Below are positions 39,895-51,831 of a DNA stretch of 64,000 bases, in pieces. Positions within the stretch are counted from its first letter, which is position 1, and the number at the start of each line of letters is the position of its first letter. The stretch comes from Terriglobia bacterium (GTDB lineage Bacteria; Acidobacteriota; Terriglobia; Acidiferrales; UBA7541). The notes beneath the pieces were generated by a model that was given only the letters and a program-made list of their open reading frames with translations, was not told the DNA's origin and made no database searches. The stretch is from the NCBI GenBank assembly GCA_963695545.1, contig OY968796.1, positions 1,472,001-1,536,000 on the forward strand, in the 5' to 3' direction. A program made the translations under genes and the position numbers.

Positions 39895-41241
39895 ATGAAC
39901 CCGACCCAACCGGCGGTGCGCGTGACCCCGAAAGGCAAGGAGCAGACCGACGCCCGCCGCGATACGCTCAGCGTCACGGATAATCGCACCGGCAAGACGT
40001 TCGAGCTGCCCATTTCCTCCGAGACGATTCGGGCGCTTGATCTGCGCCCCATGAAGGTCGAACCGGACGATTTCGGATTGATGAGCTACGACCCGGCTTT
40101 CACCAACACCGCGCTGTGCAAGAGCCGCATCACCTTCATCGACGGCGACAAGGGCATCCTGCGTTACCGCGGCTACCCGATTGAAGAATTAGCCGAAAAG
40201 AGCAGCTATCTCGAAACCGCCTATCTGATTCTCTATGGCGAGCTGCCCAATCGCGCGCAACTGGACGAGTGGTCCTACCACATCAACCACCACACGTTCA
40301 TTCACGAGAGCATCAAGAAATTCCTGGAAGGCTTCCATTACGACGCCCACCCAATGGGCATGTTGATCTCGACCATCGCGGCGCTGTCCACCTTTTATCC
40401 GGACGCGCGCGACATTTTTAATCAGGAATCGCGCCGCAAGCAGACTTGGCGCTTGATCGGCAAGATGCCCACGCTCGCGGCTTTTTCCTACCGGCACAGT
40501 TTGGGCATGCCCTACGCCTATCCGGACAGCGATTTGAGTTACGCCGGAAATTTCCTGAACATGCTTTTCAAGACCACCGAACAAAAATATCGCCCGAATC
40601 CAACGCTCGAACATGCCCTCGACGTTCTCTTTATCCTGCACGCCGATCACGAACAGAATTGTTCGGCCAACGCCATGCGCTGCGTCGGCAGTTCGCACGT
40701 CGATCCGTTTTCGGCCGCCGCCGCGGCCACTGCGGCGCTCTACGGCCCGCTGCATGGCGGCGCCAACGAAGAAGTGCTGCACATGCTTCTGGAAATCGGC
40801 TCGATCCGCAACGTTCCCGATTACATCAAGCGCGTGAAGTCCGGCGAAAAGAAACTCATGGGCTTCGGCCATCGCATCTACAAGAATTACGATCCGCGCG
40901 CCCGCATCATCAAAGGCATCGCCGACCAGGTCTTCGAGGTGATGGGCCGCAACGCCCTGCTGGACATCGCGCTCGAATGCGAGCGCATCGCGCTGGAGGA
41001 CGATTACTTCATCACCCGGCGTCTCTATCCCAACGTGGATTTCTACACCGGGCTAATTTATCAGTCCATGGGATTCCCCTCTTCGATGTTCCCGGTGCTG
41101 TTCGCGATCCCGCGCACCAGCGGCTGGCTCGCGCAGTGGGAGGAAATGCTGCTCGATCCCGAGCAGAAGATCGCGCGCCCCCGCCAGATTTACATGGGCC
41201 ACGATCAACGCCCCTACGTTCCGATGGATCACCGCGACTAA
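39895..41241 (+). CDS. gltA: Citrate synthase
   Basis: HADHEQN, GPLHGGANE, MGFGHRIYKNYDPR, YPNVDFY. Confidence 0.96.
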   Translation: MNPTQPAVRVTPKGKEQTDARRDTLSVTDNRTGKTFELPISSETIRALDLRPMKVEPDDFGLMSYDPAFTNTALCKSRITFIDGDKGILRYRGYPIEELAEKSSYLETAYLILYGELPNRAQLDEWSYHINHHTFIHESIKKFLEGFHYDAHPMGMLISTIAALSTFYPDARDIFNQESRRKQTWRLIGKMPTLAAFSYRHSLGMPYAYPDSDLSYAGNFLNMLFKTTEQKYRPNPTLEHALDVLFILHADHEQNCSANAMRCVGSSHVDPFSAAAAATAALYGPLHGGANEEVLHMLLEIGSIRNVPDYIKRVKSGEKKLMGFGHRIYKNYDPRARIIKGIADQVFEVMGRNALLDIALECERIALEDDYFITRRLYPNVDFYTGLIYQSMGFPSSMFPVLFAIPRTSGWLAQWEEMLLDPEQKIARPRQIYMGHDQRPYVPMDHRD

Positions 41242-41523
41242 ATCGCCGGACGTGCGGTGCCGCGCTCGGCGTGCCAAATTGAACCTGATCCCAATCGAAA
41301 CGCTGTGTTGGCAAAACTGAACCGCGCCGATCCGCATCCATTGACTTTCTTCCGACCGGCGTCACAATGGATTCAGAAATCCCCCTTCCAGGAAGCGAAA
41401 CCCGTCACGTCGCGTGACATGGGAATTGTGTCTGTGCCCGTGCTCGCCACGCAGTCCGCGATTTTCATAATGTCGCAGCTCATCCAATCGCCGCCGCCGC
41501 TTCTTTCTCCCACGCAATGGGAC

Positions 41524-43431
41524 ATGAGCCAGAAGCTGCGCGTGCTCATCATCGAGCACGACCGTATCGACGCGGACCGCAGCGTCCGCGAGCTGCGCAA
41601 GGCGGGCTTCCGCGCCGAAGCGGACATTGTGGCCACACGCGAAGAATTGATCTCTCGACTGGCGAACAAGCATAAGGAATATGCCGTCATTCTGGCCGAT
41701 TACCGCATGCCGAATTGGACCGGCCTCGAGGCGCTGGCCGTCGTCCAACAAATGAATCTCGACATTCCGTTCGTTCTGGTCGCGGGCGCGCTTCGCGAAG
41801 ATCTGGCCGTAGAGTGCATCAGTCGCGGCGTCACCGACTACGTCTCGAAGGACCACCTGGGGCGCTTGCCCATGGCCATCGCGCGGGCGCTCGAAGAGAA
41901 GGCCTTGCGCAACACGCGATCTTTCATGATCGCCGCGCAGCAATCCAGCGAATCGAATTTCCGTTTTCTGTTCGAGAGCAATCCTCTTCCCATGTGGGTG
42001 TTCGATCGGCAGACGCTGCGGTTCCTTCAGGTCAACAACGCAGCCGTCGCGCATTACGGCTACACGCGCCACGAGTTGCTGTCCATGTGCGTCACCGACA
42101 TTCGCTCCGAACAGGAAATCCCGGGCCCGGAAGCGCAGCCGGACCAGGATTTTTTCTCCGGCGCCCGCCGGCATCGCCTGAAAAACGGCCAGGTCATCGA
42201 CGTCGAGGTGCACAGCCACCGCATCGAGATGGCGGGTCGCAGCGCGTTTCTGGTCGTGGCGCAGGACATCACCGAGCGCCAGACCGCCGCCGAAGAGCTA
42301 CACGTTTCAGAAGCGCGTTTTCGCGACTTTATTGAAAACGCGAGCTACGGAATCTTCCATTCCACCCTGGAAGGCCAGCTGCTCTACGCCAATCCGACGC
42401 TGATTCGCATGCTCGGCTACTCCTCGTTCGAGGATTTGAGCGCGAGAAATCTGGCCGACTCGCTTTACAAGAACCCCCAGGACCGCGCGCACCTCATCGA
42501 ACAATTCTTGCGTGAAGGGCACGTTTCCGGCGCCGAGCTGGAGTGGAAACGCAAGGACGGGTCGCTCGTCCGCGTGCGCGTCAGCGGACGCAGCGCCGGC
42601 GGCGACGCCGGACGCAACGGCATCGAGGTGATCGTCGAGGACGTCACCGAGTGGCGCGCGCTCGAGCAGCGCGTCCAGCAGATCCAGAAATTCGAGGCCA
42701 TCGGCCGACTGGCCGGTGGCATCGCCCACGATTTCAACAACGTAATCAGCGCTGTGCAGGGCTGGGCCGAACTCGGCCAGGAGCTGGCCGACGGTCAGCT
42801 GGTCGGCTACTTCGAGAAAATTCGCGCGCAGTGCGGTCGCGCCACGGGGCTCACGCGCCAGTTGATGGCCTTCGCGCGCAGCCAGATTCTCGAGCCGCGC
42901 AATATGAACCTCAATCAGGCCGCGGCGGAGACGCTCAGCTTGCTCGAGAAGGTGATGCGCAAGAATATCGAGCTGGAAACGGATTTCGATCCCGCACTTT
43001 CCAACATCCGCGCCGACGCCACACAGATCGCGCAGGTGCTGATGAATCTATTCCTCAATGCGCGCGATGCCATGCCTCGCGGCGGCCGTTTGCGGATCCA
43101 GACGCGCAACGTCTCTTTTTCCGACGACGATTGCCGTCTCGATCCGTCGCTCGCGTCCGGCCGCTTCGCTGAACTGGTGGTCTCCGACAGCGGAATCGGC
43201 ATGGACGCCGCCACTCGCGAGCGCATCTTCGAGCCGTTTTTCACCACCAAAGAGCGCGGCAAAGGCACCGGTCTAGGACTCGCCACGGTCTACGGCATCG
43301 TCAAGCAGCATGGCGGCACGCTCCAGGTGCACAGCGAGCCGGGCCACGGCAGCACGTTTCGCATTTTTTTGCCCGCCGTCGCCGGCCAAGCCGAACGCGA
43401 AGACCAGCCTTCCCTGGTTGCCGGTCCATAG
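41524..43431 (+). CDS. REC-PAS-PAS histidine kinase
   Basis: N-terminal receiver (DYRMP), PAS domains, [25 protein letters not shown]; start could be 41470. Confidence 0.9.
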   Translation: MSQKLRVLIIEHDRIDADRSVRELRKAGFRAEADIVATREELISRLANKHKEYAVILADYRMPNWTGLEALAVVQQMNLDIPFVLVAGALREDLAVECISRGVTDYVSKDHLGRLPMAIARALEEKALRNTRSFMIAAQQSSESNFRFLFESNPLPMWVFDRQTLRFLQVNNAAVAHYGYTRHELLSMCVTDIRSEQEIPGPEAQPDQDFFSGARRHRLKNGQVIDVEVHSHRIEMAGRSAFLVVAQDITERQTAAEELHVSEARFRDFIENASYGIFHSTLEGQLLYANPTLIRMLGYSSFEDLSARNLADSLYKNPQDRAHLIEQFLREGHVSGAELEWKRKDGSLVRVRVSGRSAGGDAGRNGIEVIVEDVTEWRALEQRVQQIQKFEAIGRLAGGIAHDFNNVISAVQGWAELGQELADGQLVGYFEKIRAQCGRATGLTRQLMAFARSQILEPRNMNLNQAAAETLSLLEKVMRKNIELETDFDPALSNIRADATQIAQVLMNLFLNARDAMPRGGRLRIQTRNVSFSDDDCRLDPSLASGRFAELVVSDSGIGMDAATRERIFEPFFTTKERGKGTGLGLATVYGIVKQHGGTLQVHSEPGHGSTFRIFLPAVAGQAEREDQPSLVAGP

Positions 43432-43502
43432 CGTGGCATTTCTGAATCACTATGTCGTGTTGCGACACTCGCCGTGTCGCAGCAGTTAGGTGGGGAATCG
43501 AT

Positions 43503-44351
43503 TTAGGCTACCGTGGAGATTTCGGGAGCGGGCAACTTGCTGCTGCGCTTATCGACGTAGAGCGTTCTGTCGGCGCGATCCAGGAACTGTTCGATCGACT
43601 CTCCGGTTTCGTAGACCACCCAGCCAGAGGAAAAGTTTACGGGAATCTTCTTTCCTTCGTACTCGATTTCGAGCGGCCGCAGCCGCTTCAAGATTGCCTC
43701 GATTTGGTGGGCCTGGCACTCCGGCAGAATGGCCAGGAATTCATCGCCGCCCATGCGCGCGGCAACATCGGAAATGCGCACTGCGCCGTTCAATCGCTCG
43801 GCGAATTGGCGGAGCACCAGGTCGCCGGCGCCATGGCCGTGTGTGTCGTTGATCTGCTTGAAATCGTTCAGGTCCAGCGCCAGCACCAGCAGCGGGTGAC
43901 CGTAGCGCCGCGAGCGCGCCGTCTCCGCCGCCAGACGCTGCTCCGCGTAGCGGCGATTGTAAAGTCCCGTCAGCCCGTCGACCGTGGCCAGGCGATGCAG
44001 CTCCGCGGCGCTGTCTTCCAAACGGCCCATCTTGCTGAGTTGCGTTGAGAATTGCCGCCGCAAGCGCTTGATCGTCCATTGCTGATAGATCGTGTAGCCA
44101 TTGAAGATCAGCACCAGGCCCACCAGGCCCCTCACGGCGCGGGCCAGGCTGTAGCGGAAAAACGGATCATCCACCTTGATCAGCGCGGGGAAGCTCATCG
44201 ATACCACAGCCATCGTCAGCAGCAGCATCACGACCACCGCCAGGCTCCACAACCACCAGTCGCGGCGCTCGAGGCTCTCAAGTTCATTCTGAATTTTCCC
44301 CAAGTGCAAGTCTCGGGGCACTTCCGGCAAAATTGGTGACGGCGATTCCAT
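43503..44351 (-). CDS. Membrane diguanylate cyclase
   Basis: 2 TMs, DGLTGLYNRR, FKQINDTHGH..GD, GGDEF. Confidence 0.92.
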   Translation of the reverse strand: MESPSPILPEVPRDLHLGKIQNELESLERRDWWLWSLAVVVMLLLTMAVVSMSFPALIKVDDPFFRYSLARAVRGLVGLVLIFNGYTIYQQWTIKRLRRQFSTQLSKMGRLEDSAAELHRLATVDGLTGLYNRRYAEQRLAAETARSRRYGHPLLVLALDLNDFKQINDTHGHGAGDLVLRQFAERLNGAVRISDVAARMGGDEFLAILPECQAHQIEAILKRLRPLEIEYEGKKIPVNFSSGWVVYETGESIEQFLDRADRTLYVDKRSSKLPAPEISTVA

Positions 44352-44539
44352 GAACGGTTTTGCTCTTTAGTTGGCGGTTCGGCAGCCTTTTATCTAAAAA
44401 CCCGGCATGCCCGACGCGTGCGTTAAATTCGATTATACGGCTGGCAATATATTGCAAACGAAAATTTCGAAGCGAGGTTTCGATCCCGAAAACACTTCTA
44501 TAAATGTGTTTCAATGTGGCCCAGCGCCGCTCCGGCAAT

Positions 44540-44679
44540 TCAAGGGCGACGTCGGTTCCGGCCGCTTCGCGAACTCGCGGAAGCCGGTCTTCCAGCACCT
44601 CGCGCGCCCGCAATTTCAGCTGCAGCACGCGCGCTTCGGCCGGTGTCAAGTTCCATCTGTGACGCACTTGGAGCCACAT
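44540..44679 (-). pseudogene. nfi: N-terminal fragment of endonuclease V
   Basis: HRWNLTPAEARVLQLKLRAREVLEDRL..AGTDV matches the EndoV start incl. first catalytic Asp; remainder absent. Confidence 0.6.
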
Positions 44680-44726
44680 TCGCACCAGCACTCAGAGGGG
44701 ATGCCCGCAGGAAATCGAGAGGATTT

Positions 44727-45314
44727 TCAGGCGCTATTTTTCAGGTCAGTCAGCACCAGCTTGGCCACTTCGCGCAGCGTCTCGAACACGCCTTGCCCCG
44801 TAACCGCCACGCCTTCCACGACCGGCTCGCCCTTGGTCTGCAGTTGTTTCGTCAATTCCTCGACGGGCATTGCGCCCGGAAGGTCGCGCTTGTTCAATTG
44901 CAGCACGTACGGGATCTTATCGAATTCGAGCTTGTGTTCCTTCAAATGCTCGCGCAAATTTTCCAGAGTCTCCAGATTCGCATCCAGCCGTTCTTCCTGC
45001 GAATCGGCCACGAACACCACGCCGTCGGCGCCCTTCAGGATCAGTTTCCGGCTAGCCTCGTAAAAAACCTGTCCGGGAACGGTGTACAGATGCAGCCGCG
45101 CCTTGAATCCGCGGATCGTGCCCAGATCGAGCGGCAGAAAATCGAAGAACAGCGTGCGGTCCGTCTCCGTCGCAAGCGAAATCATCTTTCCTTTTTGCCC
45201 CGTTCCGGTGTGATCGTAGATCCATTGCAAATTGGCGGTCTTGCCGCCTAGGCCTGGGCCGTAGTAGACGAGCTTGCAGTTGATCTCGCGCGCAGGAAAA
45301 TTGATGAAAGGCAC
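44727..45314 (-). CDS. mglA: MglA-family small GTPase
   Basis: [49 protein letters not shown]. Confidence 0.93.
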   Translation of the reverse strand: MPFINFPAREINCKLVYYGPGLGGKTANLQWIYDHTGTGQKGKMISLATETDRTLFFDFLPLDLGTIRGFKARLHLYTVPGQVFYEASRKLILKGADGVVFVADSQEERLDANLETLENLREHLKEHKLEFDKIPYVLQLNKRDLPGAMPVEELTKQLQTKGEPVVEGVAVTGQGVFETLREVAKLVLTDLKNSA

Positions 45315-45533
45315 AGGTTTTCCGGGCTGGGCCGGCCTTCCACTTATAGCATAGCGGTTCGGGCAGTCCAATCTCGAAGCGGACGGCGCGTGCCGAGAAA
45401 GCCGATGGCGTCCAGGTAGACTTCGGCCACAATTTCTGCGCAGCTATTCGAAACATCGTATTCAGTGTCATAACTATTAGCGATAAGCCAGGCAGTTGCT
45501 TCTATTCCTGGCCTTTGCTAATATCCGCGCGTT

Positions 45534-46169
45534 ATGCCGAAAGCGAGCAAGACGGGCCGCCGACGCGGCTCGCGCTCTCGACCCGGTTCCGCTGGCAGAG
45601 CTAAGTCCCAGAAAACGAAGGCGGTACAGCCAATCGCAGCCCATGCGGAGGCCTATCGCGCCATCGTGGATCCGCGCGTCGAAGCACAACTGAAAACTTA
45701 CGAAGAGGCTGTAGGCGCCTTGCAGCAGCAGAAATTTCTAAAGGCCAAGCAGCTTCTCGATAAGGTTATTGCCGGTCCCAGCAAGGAATTGGCCGATCGC
45801 GCGCAAATGCACTTGCGCATCGCCGACCAACGCCTCAGCCGCGTTCCGGCCACCGCGCCACGCACACCCGAGGAACATTATCAAGGCGGCGTGGCTATGA
45901 TGAACCTGGGCCGTTGGGACGAAGCGCGCGAGCACTTGCTGCGCGCCAAGAAACTCGCTCCTAAAGCCGACTACGTTTTCTACGCCATGGCCGCGCTCGA
46001 TTGCCTCACGGGCGAAGCGGAATCCGCTATGGAAAATCTCAAAGTCGCGATTCAACTGCGCCCTGAAAATCGCTATCACGCGCGCAACGACGAAGATTTC
46101 GCTTTCCTTCAAGAAGACCCGCGCTTCACCGAGCTGCTCTATCCCGAACGAGATGGCTCCGGCAGTTAG
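45534..46169 (+). CDS. TPR protein
   Basis: TPR helices, C-terminal ARNDEDF..L..DPRF. Confidence 0.8.
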   Translation: MPKASKTGRRRGSRSRPGSAGRAKSQKTKAVQPIAAHAEAYRAIVDPRVEAQLKTYEEAVGALQQQKFLKAKQLLDKVIAGPSKELADRAQMHLRIADQRLSRVPATAPRTPEEHYQGGVAMMNLGRWDEAREHLLRAKKLAPKADYVFYAMAALDCLTGEAESAMENLKVAIQLRPENRYHARNDEDFAFLQEDPRFTELLYPERDGSGS

Positions 46170-46232
46170 TCGCACCCGCGTTTCTCTGTCGCTCGTTTTC
46201 CCCAACGCCCTTCCTGCGCGGAGCGCATTGCT

Positions 46233-47261
46233 TTGACGCCGGACGAAAAACATCGCCGCAAATTTGGTGTGCGCGTGGTGGCCATCGGCGGCGGCACCGG
46301 CCTTTCGATGTTGCTGCGCGGCTTGAAGCGCCACGTGGCCCGGCGCCCGCAGGAGATCGCTCGCTTTCCCATCGCCCATCTCACCGCCGTCGTCACCGTC
46401 ACCGACGATGGCGGCAGCTCGGGCCGCTTGCGCCGCGAATATCGCATTCTTCCGCCGGGCGATATCCGCAACTGTCTGGTAGCGTTGTCGGAAGACGAAG
46501 CGCTCCTCGCCCGCCTGTTTCAATATCGCTTTCGTGCGGGGCGCGGCCTGCGCGGCCACAGCTTTGGCAATCTTTTCCTTACCGCGCTCAGTGACGTCAC
46601 CGGCGATTTCGCCGAGGCCGTGCGCGTGAGCGGTGAAGTCCTTGCCACACGCGGCCGGATTTTCCCGGCCACCATCGAAAATGTTTCGCTGCGCGCCGTA
46701 ATGGCCGATGGCTCGATCGTCTCCGGAGAAACGCGTATCGTTCACAGCCGCAAGAAAATCCGCAGACTCGAGCTTTCTCCCCGCCGCGTGCGTCCTCTTC
46801 CCGAAGTGCTCGCTGCGATCGCTCAGGCCGATCTGATCTTGCTGGGCCCAGGCTCGCTCTATTCAAGTGTTTTGCCGAATCTTCTGGTCGAGGGCGTCGC
46901 CGAGGCCATCGAGAATTCCGGCGCCACGCGCGTCTACATCGCAAATCTGATGACCCAGCCAGGCGAGACCCCTGATTTCTCTCTCGCCGATCATCTTCGC
47001 GTCCTGCAACGCCAAACGCGCCGAAAGTTGATCGACTGGGTGGTGGTCAACAACACACCAATTTCCAGTACGATCTCCCGCCGCTACCGCTCGGAAAATG
47101 CCGAGCCTGTGCGCGTGGACCTTCCTCAGTTGCAGCGCTTGGGTGTCCGCTGCGTCGTCGCCGACCTGCTCGAAGAGCACGCCGTCGTGCGCCACAGTTC
47201 GGACCGCCTCGCGCGCTTGCTGATCGAAGAGTTCGTTCGCCGCGTTCCCGCGCGCAACTAG
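46233..47261 (+). CDS. yvcK: YvcK/GlmR (UPF0052) family protein
   Basis: IGGGTGLS, DDGGSSGRLR, PPGDIRN, GPGSLYSS, NLMTQPGET. Confidence 0.92.
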   Translation: MTPDEKHRRKFGVRVVAIGGGTGLSMLLRGLKRHVARRPQEIARFPIAHLTAVVTVTDDGGSSGRLRREYRILPPGDIRNCLVALSEDEALLARLFQYRFRAGRGLRGHSFGNLFLTALSDVTGDFAEAVRVSGEVLATRGRIFPATIENVSLRAVMADGSIVSGETRIVHSRKKIRRLELSPRRVRPLPEVLAAIAQADLILLGPGSLYSSVLPNLLVEGVAEAIENSGATRVYIANLMTQPGETPDFSLADHLRVLQRQTRRKLIDWVVVNNTPISSTISRRYRSENAEPVRVDLPQLQRLGVRCVVADLLEEHAVVRHSSDRLARLLIEEFVRRVPARN

Positions 47262-47367
47262 CCTCTCGGTGCCGCTTTCGGTACAGCGAATTCCTTGTGT
47301 CCAGGGCGCAGGACGCATACCATGCGCAGAAGCGTGGTTAATATCAGTGCCGCAAGGGGGAAGTTAC

Positions 47368-48147
47368 ATGCGGCGGCGCAGATCAATTCCGCTCGGCGTC
47401 TTCGTACTTGTCATCTTCCTGTTTGCTCCTTCGGTTTTCGCCAACACGGACGACGCTCGAAAACCGAGATCGCCTGCAGGTGCATCTCGCGCGCGAGTGG
47501 TCAGCCTGAGTTTGGTCGAGGGCACGGTGATCACGCGAGCTCCAGGATCGACGAAGTGGACTCTCGCCACTCTGGACACGCCGATCGAGGAAGGCGTTTC
47601 CCTGGCGACGGCGAAGCACAGTTTTGTCGAGGTACAGTTTGAAGACGGTTCCACGATCCGCCTCGGCGAAATCTCCTGCATTGAGTTCGCGCAACTGGAG
47701 CTTGCCCCGCGCGGTGCCTACATCAACCATTTCAAGCTGGATGTGGGCACCGCCACGATTCACGTGGTCTCGCGGCGGCACGAGCAGTACGCGCTGAATG
47801 TATCCGGCGTCAGCCTGGCGACACGCGGAAAAAGCGAGTTCCGAACGGACTTAACACGTGGCCACCTGCGCGTAGAAGTGTTTCAAGGCCAAATTCAAGC
47901 GGCGGATTCCGATCATTCCGAAAAATTGCGAAAGAACGATGTGGTGTTTTGCGACCGCGGCGGCAGCGGCGCCTTCCAGGAAACGAGCAGCAGGATCCAA
48001 CCCGATGAATGGGACAACTGGGTGCACGCGAGGGATGTGCAGTCAAGCTTGGCGTGGTTCACGAATCAGCGCGATCCGATCTACAGCCTCGATGGCTTGG
48101 TACCGTACGGCGGCGCAGGACAGCCTCCTGCGTGGGCCGGCTACTAA
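47368..48147 (+). CDS. Secreted FecR-domain protein
   Basis: Signal peptide; LSLVEGTV, EVQFEDGSTIRLG, DEWDNW. Confidence 0.75.
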   Translation: MRRRRSIPLGVFVLVIFLFAPSVFANTDDARKPRSPAGASRARVVSLSLVEGTVITRAPGSTKWTLATLDTPIEEGVSLATAKHSFVEVQFEDGSTIRLGEISCIEFAQLELAPRGAYINHFKLDVGTATIHVVSRRHEQYALNVSGVSLATRGKSEFRTDLTRGHLRVEVFQGQIQAADSDHSEKLRKNDVVFCDRGGSGAFQETSSRIQPDEWDNWVHARDVQSSLAWFTNQRDPIYSLDGLVPYGGAGQPPAWAGY

Positions 48148-48480
48148 TTAAATCGACCACACATAAGGCGGACCTCTCGGCATGCTCTCCGCAATCGCGC
48201 GAGCCTACGTGGCCGATCGAGCGAACGTCTCACGCCGGGTGTCTCCGGCGCCCCCAGTCTCGTTCGTGGAGGCGGGTATTGCGCACCTCGTTTTGTGGCT
48301 TAGGACACGGCCGTGAATCGGGTCGCCTTGCGCCTCCAGAAATGAGTTGTATACTGGGTCGGCCCGCACCTCACTTCCCCGCCCAACGAACCTGTGCCCC
48401 GCCCGGCCGATTCGTCGGGGGCTGCGGAGCATGCGATTGCCACCGGGATCGAAAGGCACAGTTTCTCCCCGGAAAACGTC

Positions 48481-49752
48481 ATGGCCACACTGATCGCGCA
48501 CAACGAATTCAACGTCTACGAATCGGCCGAAGCGCGATTTGAAATCGCTGCGCGGCGCTTGAATCTCGCCGAAGGCCTGTATCGCTACATGCGCTATCCC
48601 AACAAGGAAATCACCGTGTACATCCCGGTGATGCTCGATAGCGGCCACCTCGAGGTTTTCACCGGCTTCCGCGTGCATCATTCGATCGTGCGCGGACCGT
48701 GCAAGGGCGGCATACGTTTCGCGCCCGACGTCACGCTCGATGAAGTGCGCGCTCTCGCCAGTTGGATGACCTGGAAATGCGCGGTCGTGAACATTCCTTT
48801 TGGCGGCGCCAAGGGCGGCGTGATTTGCGATCCCAACAAGCTCTCGCAGGGCGAAATGGAACGCATCACGCGGCGCTACACCGCCGAACTTGCCGATTGG
48901 ATCGGCCCCGAGCGCGACGTTCCCGCGCCCGACTTAGGCACAAACGAGCAGACCATGGCCTGGGTCATGGACACCTACTCGATGCACTCGCGTCACACCG
49001 TTACTGGCGTAGTCACCGGCAAGCCCATCGAGCTCGGAGGCTCGCTCGGCCGGCATGAAGCCACCGGACGCGGCATTCGCATCGTGTGCGATGCGGCCAT
49101 AAAAAAATTAGGCATTCCGCGCGATGGCGCGCGCGTGATCGTGCAGGGCTTCGGCAACGTGGGATCCTCCGCGGCGCTGCTTTTGCATCAAGCCGGATAC
49201 AAAATCGTCGGCGTGGCCGATGTGCACGGCGGCCTGTACAACGAAAACGGATTCGATCTTCCCGGCGTGATCGATTGGGTCAGTGTGCAGGGCCGGCCCT
49301 TGCCGGATTTCCCGCAGGGTGGCACGCGCGTTTCCGCGCAGCAGATTCTGTTTCAGCCGTGCGAAATTCTCGTTCCCGCCGCGGTGGAAAATCAAATCAC
49401 CAGCGAGAACGCGCATCGCCTGCAAACGCGCATTCTCTGCGAAGGTGCCAACGGCCCGTGCACGGCCATGGCCGACGAAGTGGTGGACAGCAAGGGAATT
49501 TTCGTAATTCCAGACATTCTCGCCAACGCCGGCGGTGTCACCGTCAGTTATTTCGAGTGGGTGCAGGACCGCCAGGGATATTTCTGGCGCGAACGCGAGG
49601 TCAACGAGCGTTTGCAGGACGTCATGGAGCACAGTTTTGACGCTGTGGTGCGCTACGCCGAACTCCACAGCACGAGCAATCGTATCGCCGCGTACATTTT
49701 GGCGATCGATCGGGTGGCCTCGGCCCTCAAACTTCGCGGGATTTACGCTTGA
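48481..49752 (+). CDS. Glu/Leu/Phe/Val dehydrogenase (probably glutamate)
   Basis: [38 protein letters not shown]. Confidence 0.94.
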   Translation: MATLIAHNEFNVYESAEARFEIAARRLNLAEGLYRYMRYPNKEITVYIPVMLDSGHLEVFTGFRVHHSIVRGPCKGGIRFAPDVTLDEVRALASWMTWKCAVVNIPFGGAKGGVICDPNKLSQGEMERITRRYTAELADWIGPERDVPAPDLGTNEQTMAWVMDTYSMHSRHTVTGVVTGKPIELGGSLGRHEATGRGIRIVCDAAIKKLGIPRDGARVIVQGFGNVGSSAALLLHQAGYKIVGVADVHGGLYNENGFDLPGVIDWVSVQGRPLPDFPQGGTRVSAQQILFQPCEILVPAAVENQITSENAHRLQTRILCEGANGPCTAMADEVVDSKGIFVIPDILANAGGVTVSYFEWVQDRQGYFWREREVNERLQDVMEHSFDAVVRYAELHSTSNRIAAYILAIDRVASALKLRGIYA

Positions 49753-50021
49753 TAGTCCGCGCGCAGATCGTAGGAATTCGCCTCGCGCGGCGGTTATGCG
49801 CGATTGGCTCGCGCGCATGGCATCTGGTTGAACGCAAACCAGTTGCAATCGCGCAAATCCCGCCCAAACCTGAAAATCCCATTCCCACAGCCCGGCCCGC
49901 AATTCGTGCTGGATTTTTTCGTCTAACTCGTTTAAACACATTGCTTCCGCAGTGGTTTGGATACGCGGGGAGGCCGGTTTCGCGTCCGCGCAGGCGGCGC
50001 GCACCGTGCGTGATTTGACCG

Positions 50022-50807
50022 ATGAACTGTGACCTCATTTCACCGGGCCACAAAAAAAGTCTGGCGCGCCATCGCCGCGAGATTTGTGTGGTCGGCCATT
50101 GGCTTCTCGAGCACGGCTACATCGTCTCGACCGAAGGCAATATCTCCGTGCGTCTGAGCGGTGACCGCGTCCTCACTTCGCCCGCCGGATGCTCGAAGGG
50201 CTGGATGTCGCCAACGCATCTGGTCGTAACCGATCTGGATGGCCGCAAGATCTCCGGAAGCCACTCGCCCTCGTCCGAACTCGCCATGCACTTGCTGATT
50301 TACCGCTTGCGCCCCGAAGTTAACGCCGTGGTGCACGCTCATCCGGTTGTGGCCACGGGTTTCGCCGCGGCTGCCGAACCGCTGAATAAAGCGATCTTGT
50401 GCGAAATGGTGGTCGCGCTCGGCACCGTGCCTCTCGCACGCTACGGTACGCCGGGCACGCCTGAACTTGCGGCGGCGCTTGAACCGTTGGTGCCGCACTA
50501 CGACGCGATCTTGATGTCCAATCACGGCGTGGTCACCTACGGCACCGATCTTCTCAGCGCGTTTCATCGCATGGAACTCGTCGAGCACTACGCGCACGTT
50601 TCGCTGGTGGCCGCGCTGCTCGGCAAACAATCCTTGCTTTCTAGCGGCGATGTGGAAAAATTGCTCGCGGCGCGGCCTCGCTACGGCGTCACCGTGCCGG
50701 AGCCGGACGATTCAGATGTTCTCGTCGTTGCCGACGAACCTGAGCCCGCGCTTTTCCGCCAAGGTTCGCTTTTGCGCGGCGGCGATCGCGAAGATCCGAA
50801 GCGCTGA
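50022..50807 (+). CDS. Class II aldolase/adducin family protein, BMC-associated
   Basis: EGNISVR, SSELAMH, VVHAHP, NHG. Confidence 0.92.
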   Translation: MNCDLISPGHKKSLARHRREICVVGHWLLEHGYIVSTEGNISVRLSGDRVLTSPAGCSKGWMSPTHLVVTDLDGRKISGSHSPSSELAMHLLIYRLRPEVNAVVHAHPVVATGFAAAAEPLNKAILCEMVVALGTVPLARYGTPGTPELAAALEPLVPHYDAILMSNHGVVTYGTDLLSAFHRMELVEHYAHVSLVAALLGKQSLLSSGDVEKLLAARPRYGVTVPEPDDSDVLVVADEPEPALFRQGSLLRGGDREDPKR

Positions 50808-50855
50808 AGGACGAGCGTGCGCAGTTGGGCGCGTGTTGTCCTCGGAGGAAATCGA

Positions 50856-51155
50856 ATGGGCGAAGCACTTGGCATGATCGAAACGCGCGGCTTCGTGGCG
50901 ATGATCGAAGCGTCTGACGCCATGGTGAAAGCGGCCAAGGTGACGCTGGTGGGCTGGGAAAAAATCGGCTCTGGTTATGTCACGGCGCTGGTGCGCGGCG
51001 ACGTCGCCGCCGTCAAGGCTGCCACCGATGCTGGCGCTGCCGCGGCTCGCCGCGTGGGCGAATTGATCGCGGTTCACGTAATCCCGCGGCCCCATCAATC
51101 GCTTGAGGACGTGCTGCCCATCGGCAAATCGGCCGTCGCCGCTTCGGCTCGCTAA
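50856..51155 (+). CDS. BMC hexamer shell protein (BMC-H, EutM/PduA-like)
   Basis: [42 protein letters not shown]. Confidence 0.95.
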   Translation: MGEALGMIETRGFVAMIEASDAMVKAAKVTLVGWEKIGSGYVTALVRGDVAAVKAATDAGAAAARRVGELIAVHVIPRPHQSLEDVLPIGKSAVAASAR

Positions 51156-51230
51156 CCGGCTGCGCTTCGCGGCGCTGTAAACGTCAATGGCCGCAAGTGT
51201 TTCGCGTCTTGCTTCTCGTGATCTTCAAGA

Positions 51231-51536
51231 ATGATTCTTGGGCGCATCGTCGGCACCGTAGTATCCACCCGCAAAGATCCGCGCCTTGAAGGCAAAACAC
51301 TCCTGGTAGTGAAACCGATCTCGCCCGATGGCGCCGATGAATCCGGCTACATCGTTGCCGTCGACACCGTCGATGCAGGATTCCGCGAAACCGTGCTGAT
51401 CGTTACCGGCAGCTCCGCGCGCAATGCCGCCGAATGCAAAGATCGCCCGGTAGACGCCGCTGTGGTCGGCATTGTCGACACTGTCGATCTCGACGCACAC
51501 CACGAAGCCGGCGTCGCCGCCGCGCGAAGAAAGTGA
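51231..51536 (+). CDS. BMC pentamer (EutN/CcmL)
   Basis: GRIVGTVVSTRK..VAVDTVDAG..DAAVVGIVD. Confidence 0.93.
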   Translation: MILGRIVGTVVSTRKDPRLEGKTLLVVKPISPDGADESGYIVAVDTVDAGFRETVLIVTGSSARNAAECKDRPVDAAVVGIVDTVDLDAHHEAGVAAARRK

Positions 51537-51540
51537 CGCC

Positions 51541-51828
51541 ATGATTTTAGGGCGCGTCGTGGGCACGGTCGTCGCGACGATGAAGAACGCGTCACTCGAC
51601 GGCAAGAAACTCCTCGTCGTGCAGCCCATCGATCGCGAGGGCGGCGACACGGGCAAAGCGATCGTTGCGCTCGATGCGGTTGGCGCCGGAACCGGCGAAC
51701 GTGTTTACTGGTGTCGCGGCAAAGAGGCCAGCTTTCCTTTTCTTCCCGAAGAAGTCCCCACCGAAGCCACCATCGTCGCCATCGTCGATGAAGTGAATAT
51801 TCCCGCGCGGTCCGCGCGAGCGAGCTGA
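51541..51828 (+). CDS. BMC pentamer (EutN/CcmL)
   Basis: GRVVGTVVATMK..ALDAVGAG.GE..IVAIVD. Confidence 0.93.
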   Translation: MILGRVVGTVVATMKNASLDGKKLLVVQPIDREGGDTGKAIVALDAVGAGTGERVYWCRGKEASFPFLPEEVPTEATIVAIVDEVNIPARSARAS

Positions 51829-51831
51829 ATC

